From positions 352,001 to 416,000 of the forward strand of contig OZ271854.1 in the NCBI GenBank assembly GCA_965601925.1: a stretch of 64,000 nucleotides of DNA, in the 5' to 3' direction. The translations under genes were made by a program, and so were the position numbers. This DNA is from Alkalispirochaeta sp. GTDB lineage: Bacteria; Spirochaetota; Spirochaetia; DSM-27196; Alkalispirochaetaceae. Positions 50,394 through 59,553 of this stretch are shown one piece after another. How positions within the stretch are numbered: position 1 is the first letter of the stretch; every line of letters starts with the position of its first letter. A model generated the notes under the pieces. It did not search any database. It saw nothing but the letters and a program-made list of their open reading frames with translations, and was not told the DNA's origin.

Positions 50394-51365
50394 TTAGTTC
50401 AGCACACCGGGCGCGGCGGGAGGGCGCAGAGTGATGTGTCCTCGCACACGCTGCAGAATGTGCCAACCGTCGGTATAGGTGAATCCCTCACACAGGTCCA
50501 TGAGATGTTGTTCGGACGGCTCGTCGAAACCGAAGTCAAAACTGCAGATCGGGTGTTCGATGAGACCGCGAATGAGGGCGAGATCGAGTCCGCGAGCCAT
50601 CAGAAACTGCGCAAACGAAGAAGCATCGAGTCCGGCGGGGGTACCGTCGGGTGCGAGCAGGTAGTCGCGGGTATCCAGCAACTGCTCGAAGGGGCTCCTG
50701 GAGATGTGCACGGCACGAGCGATCGGCATCCTCTGCAGCAAGAGCCCCCGCTCCACGAGCGCCCGCTTCATCTCCACGGCGACCTCGAAAAAGTGACGGT
50801 AACCCTCACGGGTACGAAAAGTCATAACGGCGATGTCGGTCGCGGCGCTGTTCTTGTGCAGGAGTGCCGGCACGTCGTAGTTCACGATCCAGACATCTTG
50901 GTACCGCTTGACCACCTGCCCGGCGATCCGAAACACCGCCGACTCTTCCACCCATAGATCGAAGAGCTCCTCGGGCGACCACGCAAACCGGCGCAACGCC
51001 TCGAAGGCGCCGATCACGCGGGCGGGTCGGAACTCGGCCCGGTAGAAGTCCTCGAACTGCCGTATCATATCCAGCGTAAACGCCCGACCGCCGTGAACGG
51101 CGAAAAAGAGCCTGAGCGAATAGTGGCGTTCTATGATCTTGCGGCTCACGATGTAGTCGCCGGGCATATTGGCCATATATATCAGCTTTACATGCTGATC
51201 GTTCTTACGGCATTCCTTGATAACCGAGAGAATAGCACTCTCCACGGCGACGCCGTTACTCTCCGGGCGTAAATAGAGGAAAATATCAAGCAGGTCCGGA
51301 TCGGGGTCCGGCCCGACGTACGGGACGAGAATCTTCGGTTTATGAAGCGCCTGCGTCTCCATCAT
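50394..51365 (-). CDS. Hypothetical protein, possibly a divergent nucleoside-diphosphate-kinase-like fold
   Basis: Overlaps the pheT 3' end; motifs IFLYLRPE, IIERHY and AVHISRSPFE. Confidence 0.7.
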   Translation of the reverse strand: MMETQALHKPKILVPYVGPDPDPDLLDIFLYLRPESNGVAVESAILSVIKECRKNDQHVKLIYMANMPGDYIVSRKIIERHYSLRLFFAVHGGRAFTLDMIRQFEDFYRAEFRPARVIGAFEALRRFAWSPEELFDLWVEESAVFRIAGQVVKRYQDVWIVNYDVPALLHKNSAATDIAVMTFRTREGYRHFFEVAVEMKRALVERGLLLQRMPIARAVHISRSPFEQLLDTRDYLLAPDGTPAGLDASSFAQFLMARGLDLALIRGLIEHPICSFDFGFDEPSEQHLMDLCEGFTYTDGWHILQRVRGHITLRPPAAPGVLN

Positions 51366-53106
51366 CGCCGTGGATCAATACCTCCAAGTCGACCTCACCG
51401 CCGGTACAGGGCATCTGAATCCCCCATGCGTCGAGGACTCGGGGATGAACTTCACCGAAGACACCGACGACATTCTCGCTTCCGGCGCGAACGATCTGGG
51501 CCGCTCGCCCGGGAATGAATCGGCTGTCGTGCACCTCCCGGACGGTGTATTCATGCCCTAGATAGTACAGTATAGCCGATATATGGGAGTTTACCAGATT
51601 GAAACCTGCGCCTCGATCGGCGGAGACGAATCCGAGTTTGGTGAGCGTTCGGGTTCCGCTCGCCTCGTTTTCGGCGCGGCAGGCGATCTTGCCGACTTCG
51701 AACACGTGGTGCGGATAGACGGCGTTTCCGCTCACCGACTCGGCGGCGAGGAGCGACGGCAGAATCGATGGACGCACGAACTCATAATTCTCGCTCATCG
51801 GATTGGCGATGCGCACGACGTGAGAGAGCGCCTCGGTCCACTCGTCCTCGGGATACATCCTCTCGACGAAATCCCTTCCCGAACCGAGATAGTTAAAAAT
51901 CATCTCCTGGAATCCCAGACCGACCATTACGGTCTTGGCGCGGCGAGAAAACTCTTCGATCGGCAGTAACCGTCCCACGGTAAAATCGCGCGGCATTTCG
52001 GCGACGAAACTTTCCATCCCACGGCCGATCATCACCTCCTCGACGACGTCGACGGCGTGAAGAAAGTCGTTGCGGTACTCCGGCACCCGAATGGAAACGT
52101 GTTCGACGTCCGACGGCGAGGTCGGCTCCGTCACCTCGATCCCCATACGGCGCAACGCCTCGGTCACCTCGGAACGGCTCAGATCGACGCCGAGCATAGC
52201 GTTAATCTCGCTCATCGCAGCGTCTCGTCCGGTCTGGAAATAGTAGGGCACGGTGATCTCTCGTCCATACGGCGTATCGTACGGATACTCGATACGTACC
52301 GGCTCGATGGCGTATCCCATGTCCGCTGCGTCGCACGCAACGATCGAGGCGGTTAGGAGGAGAGAATCGAGATCGCTTCCGGTTAGCTCCACAAAGAGCG
52401 TCGTATCACCCTCCACGACGGCGCCGATCGTAGCGCTGTTTATTACCGGCGGAAAGCTCAGTATCCCCCCGCGATCGTCGGTCAAAATAGGGAAGCGCGG
52501 GAGCTCGGCGACGATGTGACCGAACTCGACTCCCTTGGGGTGTTCGGTAAGCATCTGGCGCATCGAGAGCTCGCGCTCCATCTGCAGCGGCACGAATCGC
52601 GTCGAATCGGGATCGACCGCCTTGTAGTGTACGGGATACTCGATAAGGTCCGACCGGTAGATTCCCATGGAGATCGAACGCCGTTTTCGCCCGAAGTTCC
52701 ACGTAAGCTTTTCCTGCGTCTGAATCAAGTCCTTGAGCACCACCTCACTCAAGGGAGGGCCGGTCATGACGAATCCGGCGAGATAGGGCCTGATATCCCC
52801 TACCGACCGATCCACCACGACGCGGCGCGATCCCGTCTCGCGTTGCGTCGCGGCGTTGGAAAAGAAATCGTACTGCGGCGGCTCCGCACCGCGATACAGG
52901 CGCAACTGTCGCGCCAGACCGGCGGTCGACCACAGATCGGGCCGGTTGGTGTCGTTCAGCTCGACCTTCATAAACCCGTCGTCGCCGGCCGGCTCGTCGA
53001 GCTCGGCCTTGGCGGCGGGGAAAATGGCCTCCAGTTCGTCGTCGGTGATGGCAGACGCGCCGATCGCCGTAGTCAGCGCCGCGCGCGATATTTCGATTTT
53101 CGGCAT
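51340..53106 (-). CDS. pheT: Phenylalanyl-tRNA synthetase beta subunit (archaeal/eukaryotic short type)
   Basis: MPKIE, ELNDTNRPDLWS, QEKL...GRKR, LSFPPVINS and RNDFLH.VDVVEEV. 588 aa, lacking the bacterial B2 OB and FDX-ACB domains. Confidence 0.95.
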   Translation of the reverse strand: MPKIEISRAALTTAIGASAITDDELEAIFPAAKAELDEPAGDDGFMKVELNDTNRPDLWSTAGLARQLRLYRGAEPPQYDFFSNAATQRETGSRRVVVDRSVGDIRPYLAGFVMTGPPLSEVVLKDLIQTQEKLTWNFGRKRRSISMGIYRSDLIEYPVHYKAVDPDSTRFVPLQMERELSMRQMLTEHPKGVEFGHIVAELPRFPILTDDRGGILSFPPVINSATIGAVVEGDTTLFVELTGSDLDSLLLTASIVACDAADMGYAIEPVRIEYPYDTPYGREITVPYYFQTGRDAAMSEINAMLGVDLSRSEVTEALRRMGIEVTEPTSPSDVEHVSIRVPEYRNDFLHAVDVVEEVMIGRGMESFVAEMPRDFTVGRLLPIEEFSRRAKTVMVGLGFQEMIFNYLGSGRDFVERMYPEDEWTEALSHVVRIANPMSENYEFVRPSILPSLLAAESVSGNAVYPHHVFEVGKIACRAENEASGTRTLTKLGFVSADRGAGFNLVNSHISAILYYLGHEYTVREVHDSRFIPGRAAQIVRAGSENVVGVFGEVHPRVLDAWGIQMPCTGGEVDLEVLIHGDDGDAGAS

Positions 53107-53115
53107 GATTCCCCC

Positions 53116-54678
53116 TTATCCGGCGCGACGCCTGAGCCGAACGTGCTCGATATCGGAACTGAAGAGCTCTCTTAGGTCGTTGAGTCCCAGATGCATCAGC
53201 GCCATCCGATCGATACCGAGCCCCCACGCCAACACGGGAACGTCGATCCCCATAGGACGCGTCACCTCGGGACGGAAGATTCCCGATCCACCGAGCTCAA
53301 ACCATCCGAGGCGCGGATGTTTGATATGCACCTCTACAGACGGCTCGGTGAACGGAAAGTAACCCGGCACGTAGCGCACTTCCGTTGCGCCGGCCAGCTG
53401 TTCCGCGAACATCTTCAAGAGGCCCAGTAAGGTGCGCAGATTGACGTCTTTTCCCAGAACGATTCCCTCGGTCTGGTAGAAATCGGCAAGATGCGTTGCA
53501 TCGACCTGATCGTAGCGAAAACAGCGCAGAATCCCGAAGTACTTGCCGGGAACTTTCGCCGTCGGTAGCGCTTTCGCCGACATGACCGTTCCCTGACTCC
53601 TGAGAATGAGCCGGCGCGTGAAGTCGCGATCGAAGCGATAGTTCCATCCTCGACTGCCGGTTTCCCACCCGTTCTCGTGCGTTGTCGCGACGCGGGAGAG
53701 AAACGGCTCTTCTATTTCGGTGGCGTGGCGCGGATCGTCGACGTAATACACATCGTGAATGTCCCGCGCCGAGTGAAATTGCGGCATAAAGAGCGCGTCG
53801 GAGTTCCAGAACTCGGTCTCGACGATCGGTCCGTCAAACTCCTCGAATCCCAGGGAAACGAGCTTGTCTTTTACCGAGTCGAGATACTCGCAATAGGCGT
53901 TGCGCCGCCCCGGGAGCACGCGCGCGACCGGCGCGGAGAGTGCATACTCGCGAAACCGTTTGCCTCGCCACGTACCGTCGCGGAGCATCTCGGGCGTCAG
54001 TTGCCCCTCTTCGTCTCCGGTTAGCCCCGCGGCCGCCAAGGCGTCGCGCACCTCCGTGCCTTGGACGGACAGTCGATATCGCACCCGCTCGCGCTCGATA
54101 ATCCGAAACATCGCCGACGACGCGCCGCGCTTCTTTGCGTGCCCGGCGATCGCCGCACGCTCCTCCTCGGAGAGCGAGGCGTCTTCGATTCCACCCGCCG
54201 CCGCGCGGTCGAGGAGCCGGCGAAGCACCGCGTCGGGTCGAGGCATGTCCTCATTGGAGTCGATCGCGGAGGCGAGGCGTACGCGCTTCTCGTCGTCCAT
54301 GGCGAGGACGTTCAGTTTGGAGAGGTGGCCGAAGGTCGAACCGACGTCCCTTTTCTCGAGCCCCGTCGCCGCGGCGAGGTGAGGCATCGCCAGAGGTCCC
54401 TTCTCGGCGACGGTCCTGATTATACGCTCCGCCGGCGTTCCGGCGGCGGCAAACTCCGCCCCGAGTTCGGTGCGTTCGTAGGTCACCGAGGGAAGGCGCT
54501 CTACCTCATCGATAAGCGCCTTGGCGGAGAGCCAACTAATCGCCTGGTTGCACTGCCCCAGTACCAGACCGAGATCGATCTGCATGCGGTCGGCGTCGAA
54601 TACGGAGTCAACATCGTACCGGAGAAGGGTCTTGACCTCCAACGGGTGAAGACTCTTGAGAGTTGCATCGGAAACCAT
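53116..54678 (-). CDS. pheS: Phenylalanyl-tRNA synthetase alpha subunit (archaeal/eukaryotic long type)
   Basis: FWNSDALFMPQFHSARD, FRYDQVDATH, YFPFTEPS, GIFRPEV and AWGLGIDR. TATAAT lies 7 nt before ATG 54678. Confidence 0.95.
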   Translation of the reverse strand: MVSDATLKSLHPLEVKTLLRYDVDSVFDADRMQIDLGLVLGQCNQAISWLSAKALIDEVERLPSVTYERTELGAEFAAAGTPAERIIRTVAEKGPLAMPHLAAATGLEKRDVGSTFGHLSKLNVLAMDDEKRVRLASAIDSNEDMPRPDAVLRRLLDRAAAGGIEDASLSEEERAAIAGHAKKRGASSAMFRIIERERVRYRLSVQGTEVRDALAAAGLTGDEEGQLTPEMLRDGTWRGKRFREYALSAPVARVLPGRRNAYCEYLDSVKDKLVSLGFEEFDGPIVETEFWNSDALFMPQFHSARDIHDVYYVDDPRHATEIEEPFLSRVATTHENGWETGSRGWNYRFDRDFTRRLILRSQGTVMSAKALPTAKVPGKYFGILRCFRYDQVDATHLADFYQTEGIVLGKDVNLRTLLGLLKMFAEQLAGATEVRYVPGYFPFTEPSVEVHIKHPRLGWFELGGSGIFRPEVTRPMGIDVPVLAWGLGIDRMALMHLGLNDLRELFSSDIEHVRLRRRAG

Positions 54679-54770
54679 GGCGCGCATTATAGACAAAAGC
54701 ACACGCGACACACCACCCTGTCCCACAGACGAGGATTGCACGCCCCGTGTCGCGCTCGGACCGGACTCGT

Positions 54771-57700
54771 TTACTCGTCGGAGGCGATCTTGTCGCGGAG
54801 CGTACGTACACGCTCGCTTAACTGCTGCCCTATTTCCGGGTCGGGAACATTGCCGCTGAGCGACGCGAGGTACGAGAACGTTCCCGCGAGACCCTTACGA
54901 TCGATGCGTGTGCGGTTCGACGACGAGTCCGGTGCACTCTCGGCACTCTTCGCGCGACGCCCCGCCTTCTCCCGCAGCGTCGTCCGTCCGCTTAGCCGAG
55001 CGTGAAGCCCCGCAAGCTTCAACCGCGCCTCGCTCTGTCGATACTCCTGATCCCTCGTCGGCGGCAAACTGTCGGCCAGGCTCATTAAGTAACGGAAAAG
55101 TCGCGCATGGGGCGCGAGGGGCGTATCTTTGTCGGAGTGAGCGCTGCCTGCGGTCTTCGGCGGCGCGCCGAGGCGATCCTGGATGCCGGCGATCATGTCC
55201 CGCAGCTTGCGTCTGAGGGAAGGATCGGCCGGCGCCTCGTCTGCGTCGTCGTCCATCGCGTCGGACTCCGTCGGTGCGTCCGCTGCGTCGTGTGTCGACG
55301 AAGGAGATGCGGCCTCGCGCGATGCGCCCCCTTCGATCTCACCGGAGGCGCCGGGCTGCACGTACGGCTCGCTCTCGTCGGCGGGTACGGCACGATCATC
55401 TCCGACCGACGCCTCGCCGCCGTCCTCGCCGGTGTCGTACGCGCGTTCCGACGCGGAGTCGTCCAAAGACGGCTCCATCGCTCCGTCGGCCTCTGCATCT
55501 CCCTCACCATCCGACATTTCGAGGTGTCCGACACCCTCTCCCGATAGAGCGTCTTCGGTCGGCTCTTCGCCTTCGAACACCCCGTCGACACCCGCTTCAT
55601 CGTCGCCACCGGTCTCTTCACCATCTCCGACGAAACGGCCGACGCCGCGTCTCGCCTCGTCGGCGGTCTCTCGATCCTCGACCTCACCGTCGCGGCCCGC
55701 CTCGACTCCAACCTGCTCCGGCACGAGTGTACCGTCCGGTGTCGGATCCACCGTTTCACCCCCGGATTCGACGTCGCGCTCACCGATCTCGGCTCCCTCG
55801 ACCGGTATCCCGCGGGTCTCTTCTTCCCCGTTCGCCGGTGGGGCGGCGAGCGGGGCGCCCCCGTTTTCGTCTTCTGCTGCAACCGTCGCCGGGGCGACAG
55901 GCGCCTCTTCGTCGATTCCGGCGTCGACGGCCTCCTGCACCGCTACCGGCTCGCCGTCCGCCGGGGCCTCCTCGGCATCCTTCGTCGGCTTCGCGGGAAC
56001 CGGTCGAGGGCTCACGGCAGCAAGCGGAAACCCTCTGATCGGCTCTTCGGCCCGCTCCTCCTCCGGTTCGTCCGGCGGAGGCTTGCTGAGCGGCTCGTCG
56101 CGTTTCGGAAAGGGCATCTCATCGGTTTCGTCCGGGAGATCGCGCAGATTGGATTCCAACGGATCGTCGAACGCACCGCCTTCTCCCCGTCCCGCGGATG
56201 TGCCGTTTCTGGGAGTCTTTTGTTCGATCTCACCGGTATCGGGCGGCTCGGCGATAGGCGGCGGTTCCGCGCCGACCGGCTCCTCGACGGCTTCCTCTTC
56301 CTCTTCCTCTTCCTCTTCCCGTTCGGAGACCGTGCCGCCGTTGAAGCTCAGAATCGGTATCGATTCCTCGTCGAGGCCTTCGGCCTCACTCGTCTCCATG
56401 TCCACCACCGTTTCGGCGATCCGGCCTTGGTTGGCGAGTCGTCCGAGCTTCTCGAGATTTCGCTGCCACTGCTCGGCGTTCTCCGCCTCCCAATCGTTGA
56501 CCATTTGCTCGTACAGCTCGAGGCTTTCGTTGAGGTTGCTGAGGTCGTCGGCGTTTCCGCGGTGGCCTTGGAGGGATATCAGCTCGTCGGCCGCTGCGAG
56601 CGCCCCCTCGCGGTCTCCGAGAACCCGGTGCACGTTGGCCCGTGAGGTGAGTAGTCGCGGATCGTCCTCGCCCAACCGGGCGGCATGCTGCAGTGTTTGA
56701 CGCGCCTCGGTCTCCTTTCCGAGGTCCGCGAGTATCTCCGCCTTGCGCAACAGACCGCTCACGTCCTGCGGGTTGGACTGTACGGCGCGCTCCGCGAGTT
56801 CCAACGCCTCCTTATGAAAGCCGTCGCCGCGCAGGATACCGGAGAGATCGGCGAGATAGGAGCCGTCCTGGGGCCTACCTTCGGCGTACCGCCGGAGGCT
56901 TTGCTCGCCGGCCTCGCGTTCACCGCTGCGATACTGAGAGAGCCCGAGTTCCCGCATCGCATCCAAATCGGTGGCGTCGCCGGCCACGATCCGCTCCCAC
57001 ATCCGCGCGGCCTGGTCGTGCATTCCCGACCGGGTGTACACGCCGGCGAGGCTTCGCTGGAGACGCACGTTGTCGGGGTCCCGCTCCAGCATCTGGGATA
57101 ACGTCCGCCGGGCGGCCGCGGGATCGCTCCCGCGCTCTACGATCTGTCCAAGGTTGGTCGCGGCCCGCGCGTACTGCGGAGCCTGCTCGAGGGCGGTGCG
57201 AAATGAACGAATCGCCTCGTCGATACGCCCGGAACGAGCCAGGACGGTGCCGAGGTTATTGCGCGCGGTGTAGTTGTCGGGCTCCAACTCGAGTAGCTCG
57301 TTGAAGGCTTCCTCGGCGCCGTCGAGCTCGCCCATACGCTCCAACACGATTCCGAGGTTGTTGACCGCGTCGGTCCAGCCGGGATGAGCCCTACGCGCCG
57401 CCTCATAACTCCGACGCGCATCGTCCAACCGTTCGACCGTCTGATAGGTGTTACCGAGATTATAGTTGAGGGTCGGGTGGTTGGGGTCGTGTTCGAGGCC
57501 GTGCTCGAATGCCGCCATCGCCTCCTCGTGCCGACCCTGGGCGTCATAGAGCGTACCCAGATTGTTGTACGCCGCAGCGAGTGTGGGGTCGGCGGCGATC
57601 GACCGCTCGTACGCATCGATCGCCTCGTCGTGGTCGCCGAGATCCTTGTGGATGTTGCCGAGATTGTAAAACATCTCACCGTTGCTCGGCTCGAGAGCGA

Positions 57701-57992
57701 GTGCACGACGGACCAACTCGATCGCTCGTTGAGCGTCGCCGGTCTGACGATAGATAACCGCTAAATTGTTGAGCGCTTCGGCATTCTTGGGGTCCAGGAC
57801 GATCGCGTGCTCAAAGCGTTCGATGGCCGGAGCGTACCGTTTTTGGCGACCGTAGATCGTTCCGAGCAGAACGTGCGCCGCGGCGATATCGGGAAAATCA
57901 CTCAGAAGCTCCGACGTCAATCGCTCGGCTACTTCGAGATCGTTGACTCGAAATGCGCTTATGGCTCTGCTGAGGCGTTCCTGATGTTTCAT
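54771..57992 (-). CDS. Large TPR protein with a long acidic low-complexity region
   Basis: Many TPRs (AxNNLG) in the first ~480 aa, then a D/E/G/A/P-rich linker and a helical C-terminus. Confidence 0.88.
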   Translation of the reverse strand: MKHQERLSRAISAFRVNDLEVAERLTSELLSDFPDIAAAHVLLGTIYGRQKRYAPAIERFEHAIVLDPKNAEALNNLAVIYRQTGDAQRAIELVRRALALEPSNGEMFYNLGNIHKDLGDHDEAIDAYERSIAADPTLAAAYNNLGTLYDAQGRHEEAMAAFEHGLEHDPNHPTLNYNLGNTYQTVERLDDARRSYEAARRAHPGWTDAVNNLGIVLERMGELDGAEEAFNELLELEPDNYTARNNLGTVLARSGRIDEAIRSFRTALEQAPQYARAATNLGQIVERGSDPAAARRTLSQMLERDPDNVRLQRSLAGVYTRSGMHDQAARMWERIVAGDATDLDAMRELGLSQYRSGEREAGEQSLRRYAEGRPQDGSYLADLSGILRGDGFHKEALELAERAVQSNPQDVSGLLRKAEILADLGKETEARQTLQHAARLGEDDPRLLTSRANVHRVLGDREGALAAADELISLQGHRGNADDLSNLNESLELYEQMVNDWEAENAEQWQRNLEKLGRLANQGRIAETVVDMETSEAEGLDEESIPILSFNGGTVSEREEEEEEEEEAVEEPVGAEPPPIAEPPDTGEIEQKTPRNGTSAGRGEGGAFDDPLESNLRDLPDETDEMPFPKRDEPLSKPPPDEPEEERAEEPIRGFPLAAVSPRPVPAKPTKDAEEAPADGEPVAVQEAVDAGIDEEAPVAPATVAAEDENGGAPLAAPPANGEEETRGIPVEGAEIGERDVESGGETVDPTPDGTLVPEQVGVEAGRDGEVEDRETADEARRGVGRFVGDGEETGGDDEAGVDGVFEGEEPTEDALSGEGVGHLEMSDGEGDAEADGAMEPSLDDSASERAYDTGEDGGEASVGDDRAVPADESEPYVQPGASGEIEGGASREAASPSSTHDAADAPTESDAMDDDADEAPADPSLRRKLRDMIAGIQDRLGAPPKTAGSAHSDKDTPLAPHARLFRYLMSLADSLPPTRDQEYRQSEARLKLAGLHARLSGRTTLREKAGRRAKSAESAPDSSSNRTRIDRKGLAGTFSYLASLSGNVPDPEIGQQLSERVRTLRDKIASDE

Positions 57993-59530
57993 TATTCCCT
58001 TCTTCCCGCACGCACCTGAACCTCATTCGACAATCGACTCTGCCGGCCATGGACGTCGTAACTCTCGACGGCAAACACATACGCTCCGTCGGGTCGAAGT
58101 CCCTCGATGCGGAACGTCGTGTCGAGACCGACGTCAACGGGACTGATACGATCTGCGGTTCCGACGTATCGACGCGGTCGCTCTCCAAAATACACACGAT
58201 ACCCGGCAAGGTCTTCGGTTACGACCGGATCCCACGCAATCTCGACGCCGCCGGGAATACCGATTCCCCTGACGGCTCGTGGAATCGGGGGTGGAAGCTC
58301 AGGGCGATACGCAATCCGCGCGTTTCGGACCCGCGGGCTCTCCCGACGCTCGGCGTCGGCGAGCAGATCGAAGCGCATTTGGATCCACGCGCCGCGCTCG
58401 TCCGGAGAGAGCACACCGTCGTCGGGAAGCTCGCGCCACGGCGCGTCGAGCGCAAAGCGTAGATCGTCGCTCACGATTCCCTCGGCGAGACGATACCACG
58501 TTCGTACCTCGGTACGTCCCGGCTCATGCACATTGACGCGGACCGAGGTGACGCGCGCTCCCCGACCGCCGAGGAACACGGGCGTCGTGAAGGCGCTCCC
58601 CGATTCGCCCGAATAGCGCGTCGGACGCGCCTCACGCGTCGCATCGGCGGCGATGGAAAGCTCATCCAACACGCCGTGGTACCCCTCGCCGACGATAAGG
58701 CCGTCCCCGGTGTCGCTTCCGAACAGAATCGTGTACGCCGAACCGTCCTCCGTGCCGCTCTCGCTTAAATATGCGATTGCCTCCGGTATGCCGTCGACCC
58801 GATAACTCATTTGTCCCGTCGTAGCGTCGAAACGGAGCTCGTGGTGCGACCAGCGTTCGGGAACCAAGCCGCGTCGGGCCGATAACCGTATGCTGGAGAT
58901 CGAGCGACCGCCGTCGGCGTGCGCTTCGCTCACGAGATTGTTAAGCGTCCAGTGGAGTCGACTCTCGTCGATCTCGAAGCGCAGCTCCTGGAGCACCGGC
59001 GCCCCCGCATTCAAGAGGGCGCCCCGCCAGCGCACGACCGATGCGCCTTCATTAACGCGAATCGGATAGAGCCACAGTCGGATGGAAAACGAGCCGGGCT
59101 GCGAGTACGGTGTCAAAAGGGCGCTCCCCCGGGGAACGTAGGAGAGCATCGATTGTCCGTCGAAGGCCGCCGCGCCGGAACCGAATCGACGATGCGTATC
59201 GACCACGCGCGCGCCGCCGGGCACGAGGTCATAGTTCCCGGCCTCGTCGCGGAGTAGGCCGTCGAAGGAGACGAGCAAATCACTCGCCTCGTCTACGCGC
59301 CGTCGCCAGTCGGCGAGTACGATATCCTCGCCGCCCTGCCACCCGTCGGCGAAGGCTGTGTTCTCCAATAGAGCGATCGTGTCCCATCCGGCGCGGCCGC
59401 CGAGATGGATCGTCTCGTCCGGAAGCTGTGCAAATCCCCACGTCGGAATGATGAGCGAGAAGACCCACGGCAGGATCGCGATCGGGAGTCGAGACGGACG
59501 TTTCTTACTTGACATGACGAGCAGGCCCAT
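57992..59530 (-). CDS. Exported LamG/ConA-like jelly-roll protein with C-terminal FN3 domain
   Basis: Signal peptide; FSIRLWLYP, W.H....FD, Y.G.LDE; FN3 W......GYRVY.G...GL.P...Y.FAV..YD..G..S..SNEV. Confidence 0.82.
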   Translation of the reverse strand: MGLLVMSSKKRPSRLPIAILPWVFSLIIPTWGFAQLPDETIHLGGRAGWDTIALLENTAFADGWQGGEDIVLADWRRRVDEASDLLVSFDGLLRDEAGNYDLVPGGARVVDTHRRFGSGAAAFDGQSMLSYVPRGSALLTPYSQPGSFSIRLWLYPIRVNEGASVVRWRGALLNAGAPVLQELRFEIDESRLHWTLNNLVSEAHADGGRSISSIRLSARRGLVPERWSHHELRFDATTGQMSYRVDGIPEAIAYLSESGTEDGSAYTILFGSDTGDGLIVGEGYHGVLDELSIAADATREARPTRYSGESGSAFTTPVFLGGRGARVTSVRVNVHEPGRTEVRTWYRLAEGIVSDDLRFALDAPWRELPDDGVLSPDERGAWIQMRFDLLADAERRESPRVRNARIAYRPELPPPIPRAVRGIGIPGGVEIAWDPVVTEDLAGYRVYFGERPRRYVGTADRISPVDVGLDTTFRIEGLRPDGAYVFAVESYDVHGRQSRLSNEVQVRAGRRE

Positions 59531-59553
59531 AGTTCCGTATTGTTAGCATCGGC

